Shown here piece after piece: positions 56,701 to 64,000 of a stretch of 64,000 nt of DNA. The translations under genes and the position numbers were made by a program. Where the stretch lies: IMG/VR virus record IMGVR_UViG_3300017971_000007. One strand, 5' to 3'. Numbering within the stretch: position 1 is the first letter of the stretch; every line of letters starts with the position of its first letter. The notes below the pieces were generated by a model. It saw only the letters and a list, made by a program, of their open reading frames with translations. It was not told the origin of the DNA and made no database searches. Source of the DNA: a virus.

Positions 56701-58422
56701 GAGATGCGCCGGGAGATAATTACAGGCGGGGAAATGACGGGTAAGAGACAGGCAGAAATTCTTACTAGAGTAGCTAAAGAGCGTAAGGCAGATTTCGGGC
56801 AGGTAGCGGATAAGTTCAAGGATATGGGAAATACGTATTCCTCAGAAACGGCGTTCTCTCTGGGAATAGAGGACCTAAAAACTGATAAATCCAGACGTAA
56901 TAGGATACTAGAAGAAGCTGATAGACGGGTTAAACAGGCTCTAAAATCAAAAGACCCAAACAAAGCCTTGAAAGATGTGGTCAGTGTCTACGATAAAGCA
57001 TCTGAGAAGATGATTGAGACCATAGAAAAGGAACACGGGAAAAAGCCGACAAACCTATTCAATATGATGAAATCTGGAATCAAGCCTCAGATGGAAGCCT
57101 ATCGACAAATCACCATGGCCCCGATGTTGGTCATGAATGCCAAGGGCGAAGTGATTCCTAATCCAATCAGAAAATCATGGTCTGAGGGATTAGACACAGG
57201 AGACTACTGGACTCAGATGTCCGGAGCTCGAAAAGGTGTCATCCAGAAGGTCCAGTCTGTTAAAGACCCAGGATATTTCACCAAACAAGTAGTAAATACT
57301 GTCATGAACAACAGCATCTTGGCCGAAGATTGCGGAACAAAGAGAGGGATAAGTCTGGATGTGAGTGAGAAAGATATCCTGGACAGATATCTTTCTGAGG
57401 ATATCAAAGTCGGAAACAAGGTCCTGAAGAAAGACACTCTGATAACTCCAGGAGTCAGAGACACTTTGAGGAATAATAAAGTCAATAAGGTATTAGTGAG
57501 GTCACCCTTAAGATGCGAGCACGGAAGGGGTCTATGCAGTAGATGTTATGGACTGGATGAGAATGGAGAAAATGTTACCACAGGGAAGAATGTTGGAATT
57601 GTTAGTGCTCAATCTATAGGAGAGAGAGCGACCCAACTATCTATGAAGACATTCCATTCAGGTGGTGTAGCCCCTGTAGGGGAGAAGTCTAAACAACAGG
57701 CGGCGTTGACTGATGGGTTTAATAGGGTCCAGCAGTTGGTCCAGATGAACAAAACTGTTCCCGGTTCAGCTACACTAAGCACTGTGAACGGTGTCGTGGA
57801 CAGTGTCAGCAAAGACAAAGCCGGAGGATATAGCGTGGTTATTAGCGGAGTCAGGCATTACATACCTCAGGATAGGGGAGAACCGATGGTTTTCTCTGGA
57901 AATAAGGCCGTTCCCATTACCAAGGGATCAAAGATTCAAAAGGGAGCGCCGCTATCTGGGGGTCCGATAAATCCGCATGAGATGTTGCCATTGACTGGAA
58001 TAAACAAGGTCCAGAGTTATGTATCTGGGGCTTTGCATGATCTATATAAGAGTGAGGGGATTAGGCGGAGAAATATCGAAACTGCAGTCAAGAGCATGAC
58101 TAATCTCACCAAGATAAGAAATCCAGGAGATAACCCCGAATTCATAAGAGGGGATTTTGCGCCTACCTCATACGTGCAGGCTCTGAATAAGCAGCTAGTC
58201 AAGGACAAGCGAAAGCCTATAGAGCACACTCCCGTTATCAAGGGAGTAAAAACCATGCCCCTGGACATTCAAACGGACTGGATGGCAAGATTAAACCATG
58301 AACGTCTGACTGATACCGTAATCGATGCAGCAAACCAGGGATGGAAGTCCGATATACACGGAACCCATCCGATTCCGGCTCTGGTCTATGGAGCAGAGTT
58401 TGGCAAAGGAAAACCATACTAA
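50707..58422 (+). CDS. rpoBC: single-polypeptide beta-beta' two-barrel RNA polymerase (bacterial-like), interrupted by an intein-like element
   Basis: beta motifs DQTNPL, TPES, GYNFEDGIVISE, GDKLCGRSGNKG, LNPTGVAGRINLGQ, KLKHQV; beta' motifs PVLPP..RP, RDPVLH, NADFDGD, GARKG, RSPLRC, AQSIGERATQLSMKTFH. Start reassigned to the ATG at 50707 (AAAGGAG RBS). Confidence 0.95.
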   Translation: MSRLAPEENFEALKEKVSETLKGIFPIEGKNQSLRLDDVLINDDKDIDDFRTQKEARLNGRTWSVPVSASFSLIDNETGKVINTRRQKIMNLPKITSRHSYIVDGQEYQVDNQWRLKYGVYSRKNDKGEIESTFHTRGAPGFKLRFDPESSNFVMKKGNSEFPAYPILREMGVSDSNIEQIWGKEILETNRSTDPKKALMSFHRAITGTKAQNVEEAREYIKDYMAKTDMDEDVNRITLGRKQSVVDGNLMLEASGKLLGISRGTKKPDVRDSLIFKSFHSTEDFISEALTNRSRDILKKIRNNLDRKQQVKEIIGTDLFNKPIAHAFTKTSLSNHVDQTNPLEMLSGAMKTTIMGEGGIKDAHKITDDAKLVDESHLGFLDPIHTPESDRSGITLHLPVGAYKKGNTVVNKLYNLKTGKMEEVDPEKAYNSKIALPDQVKWVKGKPVALHDEVKMSGQENEIITGSLKDADYAVTSPVQLFSIASNMVPFLQNNSGNRATYAGKQMEQALSLKHREEPLVQTAIVSGRPESSLNEFVGRINSQRSPINGEIVEVKNDAIIVKGEDGKNREVQIYDNFPLNDDKSFMHSDPIVKVGDKVKKGQTLADTNFSKNGKLAIGTNLKAAYIPFKGYNFEDGIVISESAAKKLTSEHMKRKSLDVTSEHIQDKNKFIAYERANINQEQADKLSDDGIIKKGSLVMPGDTLIAALKKREETDEARIKAKMHKSLVKPYDNVSVKWESDYPGVVTGIVKKGGKTEVHVRTEEPAEIGDKLCGRSGNKGIITRIIPDHEMPKTKDGEHVEIALNPTGVAGRINLGQILETAAGKIAQKTGKPYTVQNFDGTEDMTERVSRELKAHGIEDKEELVDPKTGKVMGKALVGPHYIHKLKHQVEKKLVARAGGPGYLYDMNKIPKSGSRPGLGAQAMDALGMYAMLAHGANANVREMATYKSDAENNDRLWSSIQAGDVLPPPRPSFAYNKFIDLLKVAGVNTVKEGNSLNLVPITDKQILEMSNGEIKDAGRIVTAKDIKEEKGGLLDKQITGGVSGTKWSHITLPEKMPNPIFEKSIVSLTGIKAKEYEDIVYGRKAINTKTGKIVPPEDGISGGPAIEHLLSKVDVGKELEAAEKQLNDPNMRADKLDPINKKVKYLKSLKRLDMNPVEAYMTKHVPVLPPSMRPISVMQDGTLIQDDMNGVYKGLGLVVNKFKDADPSVLPQEDINNRRGSIYDALKSVSGLGGYINREHKGVLDIISGKSASKDSDLKSGSPRDSYFQSKLIKRKQDLSMRSTIIPEPELSLDQVGIPRQAAMEIYKPFVMKEIRGMTGVSPLQAQKLVEKGDTLANRALERVVENRPLLMKRDPVLHKYGVQAFKPILTSGKAIKIHPLVTSGFNADFDGDQQINTVFALVPRDMYNHDSGFWGARKVGMSARFKETVGYLESMDGEFAVCNLEDFPREKKLKSKDHIDFWTVPNGIKVVAMDERTNQPVLADVSGWSFHRKRKVQIVELGSGRQIITDDDERAVYGIDVSSLKWCRKRPDESKNQFVPVLSKIPVPDELITRIPLPDSPRLRKEARLDGQFGYFLGTMIGNGWPGISKGVPRDVCFSTEYDSVYDAWFESLLSVFKKHPNIYYRSTTRGQFKGSEGSESQIVSCAPLAVLIKELIGSGAENKHLPPFYISAPNIFIKGLLAGLWDTDGSVSWSEGKRTPQFMCSYTSKSIRLVQEIQQLLRMLEISSTITSTVTPAGEPFWVLNVSIVDFHRFGGFPLKNRRKKEIQDEFLREKQPDSSMSYSRYRLVPVPSALANELRTVLGSSCRTLYVTLSKAIERQYVSKETAVRIIKIVGERCRHPLYSEWKSIVLMNNVHFERVKGVKKTEIREDGYDLTVPGYETFMSLDGVILSNTMSAFVPISSEAVSEAAKMFPSRNLFNPATGSLMYKPTLESQLGLYMMSKDGDIKDKSFKTFQEAADAAKKGQIAFTDVVKIGKDKTTVGKMMIANSLPEEMRREIITGGEMTGKRQAEILTRVAKERKADFGQVADKFKDMGNTYSSETAFSLGIEDLKTDKSRRNRILEEADRRVKQALKSKDPNKALKDVVSVYDKASEKMIETIEKEHGKKPTNLFNMMKSGIKPQMEAYRQITMAPMLVMNAKGEVIPNPIRKSWSEGLDTGDYWTQMSGARKGVIQKVQSVKDPGYFTKQVVNTVMNNSILAEDCGTKRGISLDVSEKDILDRYLSEDIKVGNKVLKKDTLITPGVRDTLRNNKVNKVLVRSPLRCEHGRGLCSRCYGLDENGENVTTGKNVGIVSAQSIGERATQLSMKTFHSGGVAPVGEKSKQQAALTDGFNRVQQLVQMNKTVPGSATLSTVNGVVDSVSKDKAGGYSVVISGVRHYIPQDRGEPMVFSGNKAVPITKGSKIQKGAPLSGGPINPHEMLPLTGINKVQSYVSGALHDLYKSEGIRRRNIETAVKSMTNLTKIRNPGDNPEFIRGDFAPTSYVQALNKQLVKDKRKPIEHTPVIKGVKTMPLDIQTDWMARLNHERLTDTVIDAANQGWKSDIHGTHPIPALVYGAEFGKGKPY
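54892..56400 (+). mobile_element. atypical intein with LAGLIDADG homing endonuclease (503 aa) inserted after the RNAP catalytic motif
   Basis: In-frame insert between NADFDGD and TMSAFVPIS; HINT-like segments (KVQIVELGSGRQIIT; YDLTVPGYETF...VILSN|T); LAGLIDADG motifs FLGTMIGNG and LAGLWDTDG. Confidence 0.9.
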
Positions 58423-58757
58423 TGGAAGACGAACTTTACATCGCAAAAATGGCTTCAGCTTTTTTGGATGAGATGACGGAGATAGAAAAAGTGGCCTTAT
58501 TGGGAGGGGCGCTGAACTTTTTCAAAGGGGGTTTAAGAGGACTATCCAAAGCCGTCTCGGCTCCAGCTGGAACCTCATTCGCAAGACGTATGGGAGTGGG
58601 AAAAACTGGATTGTGGAATCAGCTCAGTCACGCGTACAAGAGCGGAGCTCAGAAGGGGGGATTTAGGGAGGGTGCTCGTAGAGTGATGGCTCAGAAACCT
58701 GTCCAAATTGCGGGAACCGTGGCCGCTCCCGTAGCCGCGGGTTATGCTCTCGGTTAA
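58422..58757 (+). CDS. small basic Gly/Ala-rich protein with AFLDEMTEIEKVA leader
   Basis: ATG overlaps the RNAP stop (TAATG); MEDELYIAKMASAFLDEMTEIEKVA is followed by an amphipathic peptide. Confidence 0.65.
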   Translation: MEDELYIAKMASAFLDEMTEIEKVALLGGALNFFKGGLRGLSKAVSAPAGTSFARRMGVGKTGLWNQLSHAYKSGAQKGGFREGARRVMAQKPVQIAGTVAAPVAAGYALG

Positions 58758-58759
58758 CA

Positions 58760-59983
58760 ATGCCTCCAGCAATAAGAGACACAAAAAACTCTCCAACCAG
58801 GTCTAGCCAAAGAGCGGCGTGGATATCAAAGGCTATCGTCACGAACGTCGACCTAAAAAACTATACCGTGGATGTCATTACTGAGTACGAGGGAAAGACA
58901 TTCGACAGTATCCAAGTCGGGAGCCCGTATTTCCACACCAACAATGGAGAAGGTATCACCGCAATGCCCGAAGTCGGGGCTTTATGTGAAATATGCCAGC
59001 CCTCGGACGAGGATACTCCATTTATTTTGTCCTTTATCGGGTCCTTCGAAATGGAATTCGCCAAGCAAGATAATTTAGAGGACCTGGCCGGAGAAGCGGA
59101 AGTCGAGACCGAGGAATTAGAGAGTACCCTTAGCACCCCCACATCAACTACATCCACAGGTTCGTCTGACAAAAACGTTTCAAGTGCGTCGGCGCGAGGG
59201 GGACGCCCATTTCTTAATCCAGGGGATATTCTTCTAAGGACTAGAGACGAGAACTTCATAATTCTCAGAAGAGGTGGAGTAATCCAGATTGGCTCAACTC
59301 CGATGTGTCAATCCATTTACATCCCTCTCAAGAACTACATCAGGCATTTCTGCGAGAACATAGAAACTAGTACTCCCGGAGGGGTTCTGACATGGAACGT
59401 TCAAAGGAAAGAGAAGGACCCTGCCGGGGAAGCACCTATCTTGTATAGATTATCTCTCAGGGATAAAGCTCAGAACGACAAGGCTGATATTCAACTAAAG
59501 ATGGGTCATGTTTCCGATTCAATAAGGTATGAGTTATCGGTAGCTCCGTCAGGTATATCCACATCTACTGGGAGTATCAACAATTCCAAATTCAAGATGG
59601 TCGTAGATAACGTCGGGAATCAGACATTTAACATGTCAGGTTCTTTAGATTACACCATCTCCGGTTCTCGGAAATTTTCTGTATCAGGTTCTGATGAGGT
59701 CTCGATAGGCTCTTCCAGGATTGTGAAGGCATCCACTGAATCTACTGAAATCACAGGAGCTCATAGCCTAAAAGCTGCCTCCAGTTCTGAGGAGATAACC
59801 GGCCTAAAAGCAATAAAAGCCACTCAAGTTTACTTGGGAAAGGCTTCGAACTTTTCTGCTGTATTGGGGGAGTTACTGGTTATTTGGCTAACCAAGCACG
59901 TTCATCCGATGTGGAACGTTCCAGATGTTCAGGTGGCGGAGTTGCCCAATATCCTTTCCAAGAATATAAAGGTTAGTCCATGA
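58760..59983 (+). CDS. baseplate central spike (gpV/gp138/gp5-like)
   Basis: OB-fold start (AIVTNVD..NYTVDV...GEGITAMPEVG), Ser/Gly beta-helix repeats, HVH metal-binding tip motif near 59897. Confidence 0.75.
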   Translation: MPPAIRDTKNSPTRSSQRAAWISKAIVTNVDLKNYTVDVITEYEGKTFDSIQVGSPYFHTNNGEGITAMPEVGALCEICQPSDEDTPFILSFIGSFEMEFAKQDNLEDLAGEAEVETEELESTLSTPTSTTSTGSSDKNVSSASARGGRPFLNPGDILLRTRDENFIILRRGGVIQIGSTPMCQSIYIPLKNYIRHFCENIETSTPGGVLTWNVQRKEKDPAGEAPILYRLSLRDKAQNDKADIQLKMGHVSDSIRYELSVAPSGISTSTGSINNSKFKMVVDNVGNQTFNMSGSLDYTISGSRKFSVSGSDEVSIGSSRIVKASTESTEITGAHSLKAASSSEEITGLKAIKATQVYLGKASNFSAVLGELLVIWLTKHVHPMWNVPDVQVAELPNILSKNIKVSP

Positions 59984-60339
59984 AGATATCAGAATCTGGA
60001 TTAGAAAATCTTCTAGTAAAATACATAACTACCCTTAAGGCAGTCGCAAAGGATACGATAACAGGAGTGGATGTCTCAAAGGAGACACAACCGGACGGTT
60101 CCACGAAGATTAAACAAGTGCCTAGAAAAGGAGATGTCTACATCCCAAAAAATTTTGCTAGTGCCTTATCTAAAGGAATGGCCAAGGCGATATTCGAGCA
60201 TATCGTGGGATACATAAACAATCCCGTTGTGTCTAAACTCAACGAATTGATAGGACAATACAATCAGCTGCGAAGTGACTGCATTTCAGGAGGAATCATC
60301 ACAACAGCCACGGCAGTCGATGAAATAACAATAAACTAG
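59980..60339 (+). CDS. hypothetical protein next to the spike
   Basis: 119 aa, ATGA overlap. Confidence 0.6.
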   Translation: MKISESGLENLLVKYITTLKAVAKDTITGVDVSKETQPDGSTKIKQVPRKGDVYIPKNFASALSKGMAKAIFEHIVGYINNPVVSKLNELIGQYNQLRSDCISGGIITTATAVDEITIN

Positions 60340-60358
60340 CAGCTATCAGGAGAACAAA

Positions 60359-62374
60359 ATGAATCTTTTTCTGGATGATGTCACTCCTCGGATTATGGAA
60401 AAGATCAGTGCAGCTTTCGCCAGGCTGTCTGAGAATCCTGACGATTGGCAATCTGAAATTACAGATGAACTATACAGGCAAGTTCCGTTTATCGGAGATT
60501 TCGACACGAAGATAATCATGATGGAACTTGACCCAGAGAGAAGATATGCACTAGCGGCCATAAAGCTTAGCAGTAGGCTGAATAAAATCCCGAAACAGGA
60601 GAACGGACACAATCCGTATAGCAATGAAATAAGTCCAGATCTATCTGGACAAAAGACGGCAATAATACCGGTCATCGTACAAGAGGGAAAGATGAGCCCG
60701 TTGGATGTATTTATATCCAACGGAATGTTTCAACCGCTGACGGACAAAAGGCTGAAGAAGGAAATGTTTAGGCCTCAGATGTTCGAGGCGATTGGAGAGT
60801 CACCAGGAACTAAGGACATGACCGAGATGTTGTATCCGCCATATCGAATGGGATTGGGGGGGACGAACTCGTATATGGGGCATATGCAAAAATCCAGCTC
60901 TCCAAATAGGATAATTGACGTTATTCGACATACCCTCAATCAGAATGAGGTGGAGAAGGTATGCAGTGCTATAACCGAGGATGAAGAAACTTTGTCCCTG
61001 TTTATCAGAAATCCAGAGGCCAGTCATTTCATGGACAAGCTGGTGGAGGACGTGAAGACAGTTTCTTCTAGTGAGATGATGAAGACGGCCTCGGGGATGA
61101 TCAAACCCAAAGTCATCCAAATATCAAAAATAGACGGCGGATTCCGTGTTAAGACAGCCAACCCCGAGGCTTTACTTCCAGAGGAAAATGATATCCCAAG
61201 ACCGTTGGCTGAAGAAATGGCTGGAGCAGATGTGGTGAGGAAGGTGGAAAATGGGGAGACTGTGACTATCAGTACGAACAAGGCCTCCAGAGAATCTCTG
61301 GCTGATATTACGGTCAGTGTCGTGGAAGAGTTTGGAGAATATAAGGTCAAGACAAAGGACGGTCGGGAACTAGTCGGATGGGTGTTTCCTCATGTTGTAG
61401 ACCTAGACGGGACCTCACTAGATATTTCTGTTTTCACGAACGGTTCCGAATCTGCTGTCCAGGAGTCAATAGCTGGGAGTCTTGTAGGAAAGGGGACGAA
61501 TTTAATAGACGAGAATCCGAGCGGATTTGGTATTTTCTATTTAGCCAGACAGGGAGGAGCTACTGCCATAGTTCCGGTGAATATTGTGGCAGAAGCTCAA
61601 TCAACAGAGCTGGTTGATGAATACATCTGCGAAACCATGCTTGGGGAAAGAGTGATTATCAAGAAGCTACCGGGTTTGGTTAAGGCCGCGCAGATAGAAG
61701 ATGGTATGTACGCTATCCCAGATGATTGTGGGTGGATTCCCCTCCAAAGAATGACTGAGCTCTCAGAGAATCCGGACGAGTTTATGAAAACTTCAGCCGT
61801 GCGACTCGATTTTGATGCGGTCAAGGTCATGCATGACCACGGCTCTTATTCCATGAAGGGTCGGCACATTGAAAAATTAGCATCTGTGTGCCAGACGAGC
61901 GGTATTTCAGAAGACCAGGCAATATTCAATCTGGCTATTTTGGGTATCCCTTCTGATATATCCAGAGAGAAATTGGCGGAATCGAGGAAATATTCTCATT
62001 GGGTGAATATACAGGGAGCGAAACCAGTAAAGTTGTTGAGTGAGAGAATCAAAGAAGCGAGGATGAAATCCATTGAGTTCGTGAAGAAGGTTCCGAGAAT
62101 GCCGATGTTCTTGAAAGAGGCGGCATTGATTGACGACCCATCGACTGTTGATAATGTCCTCTCTCTGGGATTTCTCAATTCAGAGAATGTATCAACATTT
62201 GTGGAATACATCCCTGATTTGGAAAGAACTGTCTCGAGAATGTGCAATCTCTTGATAGCTTCCAGATTAGGCCTGAAAAATATCATTGACGTGACTGCCC
62301 TGGAACGGCTAATTAAACATATGGATGTGGTAATTAATGGACTAAAAGAATTGTCTCAGTACACAAATGATTAG
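60359..62374 (+). CDS. large hypothetical protein with repeated K-x-A/S sites (probable head/core protein)
   Basis: AGGAG RBS; MEKISA, MMKTAS, FMKTSA, IEKLAS, FLKEAA at apparent domain boundaries. Confidence 0.6.
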   Translation: MNLFLDDVTPRIMEKISAAFARLSENPDDWQSEITDELYRQVPFIGDFDTKIIMMELDPERRYALAAIKLSSRLNKIPKQENGHNPYSNEISPDLSGQKTAIIPVIVQEGKMSPLDVFISNGMFQPLTDKRLKKEMFRPQMFEAIGESPGTKDMTEMLYPPYRMGLGGTNSYMGHMQKSSSPNRIIDVIRHTLNQNEVEKVCSAITEDEETLSLFIRNPEASHFMDKLVEDVKTVSSSEMMKTASGMIKPKVIQISKIDGGFRVKTANPEALLPEENDIPRPLAEEMAGADVVRKVENGETVTISTNKASRESLADITVSVVEEFGEYKVKTKDGRELVGWVFPHVVDLDGTSLDISVFTNGSESAVQESIAGSLVGKGTNLIDENPSGFGIFYLARQGGATAIVPVNIVAEAQSTELVDEYICETMLGERVIIKKLPGLVKAAQIEDGMYAIPDDCGWIPLQRMTELSENPDEFMKTSAVRLDFDAVKVMHDHGSYSMKGRHIEKLASVCQTSGISEDQAIFNLAILGIPSDISREKLAESRKYSHWVNIQGAKPVKLLSERIKEARMKSIEFVKKVPRMPMFLKEAALIDDPSTVDNVLSLGFLNSENVSTFVEYIPDLERTVSRMCNLLIASRLGLKNIIDVTALERLIKHMDVVINGLKELSQYTND

Positions 62375-63260
62375 AAGCCCCTCAGAATTTTTCCTCAGAT
62401 ATCTGATCTCTAGAAACGAACTAGTTACAACAGAAGAAGAGCTCAAAGAGCAAATCGATGAAATATCCAGAATAATGAACTCTATGAACCTGGAATCGAT
62501 TGGTTTGGGGTACATTCAAAATCTCATAGCTGATATGACTCAAACCAGACCCGGAGATTACTTTCCAGATAATCCGCATCACAAGAAAAGCAAGGAATAC
62601 CTGAAATACCACAGGATATTTGATATGTGGTATCCGACAAAGGAGGTCAGAGAATCGAATCTGATACTCTCAGATTTGTTCTTGAGAGAGAAAATAGAAC
62701 CTCTGATGTTGTCCACCATAACTCCCTCATCAATCATAAGGAAAGTAAGGAAGTACACCTCAATATCTCTGACCGTTGGTGGGATAGGAGCGTACGGACA
62801 CTACTATTGGAACCGGAACTTGATGTCGAAGGGGGAATGGCTTGATTTTCTGAGATACAGAACCGGGAAAAATCCGTATATCCAGAGCCTAGTCATATCT
62901 CCTGATGTAGCTCCACAACATCTTCCATGGATTGTAGGAGTATCAGGACCCAAGAAAGTATTTAATACGGCGGAGGCAGCCTCAAGAATAGGGCAAATAG
63001 CTTTCAAGCATGCCTTAGAATTAGAGAATCAACCGGCTAGTTTTAAGACGACATCTGCTCTAAGAAATTGCATGTCTACGTTGAAAGATGCCGACGAAAT
63101 AATGAGACGTAGTGACGCCATGCTGCAGGACGTACTGAATCAATTCCAGAAATTTAGAATGAGGTTGGATGATGCCGAAGTCATAGACGTTAATAGATTG
63201 ACTGACGGGAAACATAGTCAATCTTCTGGAAGCGAGAGCGATGATGATGAGTCGTTTTAG
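62367..63260 (+). CDS. hypothetical protein (terminase small subunit candidate by position only)
   Basis: 297 aa, helical C-terminus, upstream of the putative terminase start. Confidence 0.5.
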   Translation: MIRSPSEFFLRYLISRNELVTTEEELKEQIDEISRIMNSMNLESIGLGYIQNLIADMTQTRPGDYFPDNPHHKKSKEYLKYHRIFDMWYPTKEVRESNLILSDLFLREKIEPLMLSTITPSSIIRKVRKYTSISLTVGGIGAYGHYYWNRNLMSKGEWLDFLRYRTGKNPYIQSLVISPDVAPQHLPWIVGVSGPKKVFNTAEAASRIGQIAFKHALELENQPASFKTTSALRNCMSTLKDADEIMRRSDAMLQDVLNQFQKFRMRLDDAEVIDVNRLTDGKHSQSSGSESDDDESF

Positions 63261-63268
63261 AGGGTCCT

Positions 63269-63760
63269 ATGAGAGAAAATGAAGAGAAAGCTTTACTGAG
63301 TTTGGTGGAAGCTGATGAGTACACCGATGTTGATTCCTTGGAGAATGCGAGAGCTGTTGGGGAGTTAATCTGCGATGGTGACTTCGCTCATATCAGAATG
63401 TTTCGTGAAGATGATCTTATATATCATGTCTTCAGAGGACCAAAAGTACATGAAAGGTACTGGGGAACAGGGGAGTTCGGTCTAGATGTTTTGTCATCCA
63501 TAGAATCGATTTGGCCGTCTGATTTCCCTAATGTTGATTTCGACATCAATGCAGTTAGGTTAGAAGTGTATGCGGATGAAATCGACAAACGAAGTAAATA
63601 CCCGGACCATTATTACGGGGCCTATTTGGTAGCTGTCAGAAACATTCATCTGAAACCGGTTTTAAGTACGAGAAAAATTCGACAATTCGGTGAAATCCTA
63701 GAACTTAACGTAGAAAAAAGAATGGAAATTTGGTTGAGGAATCTTGTTAGTCAATATTAG
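63269..63760 (+). CDS. hypothetical protein
   Basis: 163 aa in the same operon. Confidence 0.6.
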   Translation: MRENEEKALLSLVEADEYTDVDSLENARAVGELICDGDFAHIRMFREDDLIYHVFRGPKVHERYWGTGEFGLDVLSSIESIWPSDFPNVDFDINAVRLEVYADEIDKRSKYPDHYYGAYLVAVRNIHLKPVLSTRKIRQFGEILELNVEKRMEIWLRNLVSQY

Positions 63761-64000
63761 AGAAGCAGAAGCTCTCGCTTCTAGATCAGTAGTACCCCTA
63801 AGTTACGCAACGCAGGTTGTGGGAGGGGAAAAATACACCGAACCGTTCCATGATTATAACGGCGAAGGTAGTCCTGAATATTATGGGTTTGATAACGAAC
63901 CGAGGGAACCTACAGACGAGGAATTTGATGAGTTTCAGGACGGAAATTACCTCTATAACGTAAGTCCTCACGAGTTTGTAGAAACAGCTATAAACATTGG
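63744..64000 (+). CDS. 3'-truncated ORF, possibly the N-terminus of the terminase large subunit
   Basis: TTG start with GAGGA RBS, open to the window end (MLVNIREAEALASRSVV...VSPHEFVETAINI). No ATPase motif is visible, so the product call is a guess. Confidence 0.4.
   Translation, partial: MLVNIREAEALASRSVVPLSYATQVVGGEKYTEPFHDYNGEGSPEYYGFDNEPREPTDEEFDEFQDGNYLYNVSPHEFVETAINI

Noticed and set aside
50707-58422. Host chromosomal rpoBC locus
   Set aside because: No ribosomal protein or other housekeeping neighbours; flanked by portal and spike genes; strongly diverged and shortened.
63761-63782. Terminator-like hairpin agaagc...gcttct
   Set aside because: Short stem, no U tract, and it lies inside the ORF starting at 63744.
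1-64000. Stop-codon reassignment
   Set aside because: Genes tile the window with code 11, and TAA, TAG and TGA all end genes directly before the next start.

Overview
This window is 64 kb of a large, uncultured-type tailed phage with a contractile (myovirus-like) tail, or a related prophage. It uses the standard genetic code, genes are densely packed and often overlap (TAATG/ATGA), and I found no rRNA, tRNA, CRISPR array or transposase. Layout: (1) 1-28083 (+): baseplate genes (gp25-like, a very large Baseplate-J-like, a gpI/gp7-like), a duplicated two-gene fibre/accessory cassette, a fibre, an Ig-repeat protein, a beta-helix tailspike and a lysis-like membrane cluster, closed by a rho-independent terminator. 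(2) 28133-44033 (-): a replication/recombination operon (SF2 helicase, family-4 UDG, DUF932-like protein, DnaB-like helicase, primase, probable SSB, family-A DNA polymerase, RecA-like, Hjc-like and Cas4-like nucleases, RusA). (3) 44159-64000 (mostly +): head-region genes with a portal, a single-polypeptide beta-beta' RNA polymerase, a central spike and probably the start of a terminase. Main leads: (a) the fused RNAP carries a 503-aa intein-like LAGLIDADG insertion directly after the catalytic NADFDGD. It starts with Gln, lacks the block-B and penultimate histidines and has no class-3 block-F Cys, so it fits none of the three described intein classes. (b) A shared short leader, (S/A)F(F/L)DE(L/M)..K-x-A, and recurrent internal K-x-A/S sites mark unrelated cargo proteins (HExxH peptidase, pyrophosphatase-like domain, glycine-zipper peptides), suggesting a capsid-targeting/proteolytic polyprotein system. 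(c) A conserved CAAAA-N11/12-TTCGGTATAAG motif precedes two of the leftward transcription units and is a candidate phage-specific promoter. All family assignments come from motif recognition by eye; no searches were run.
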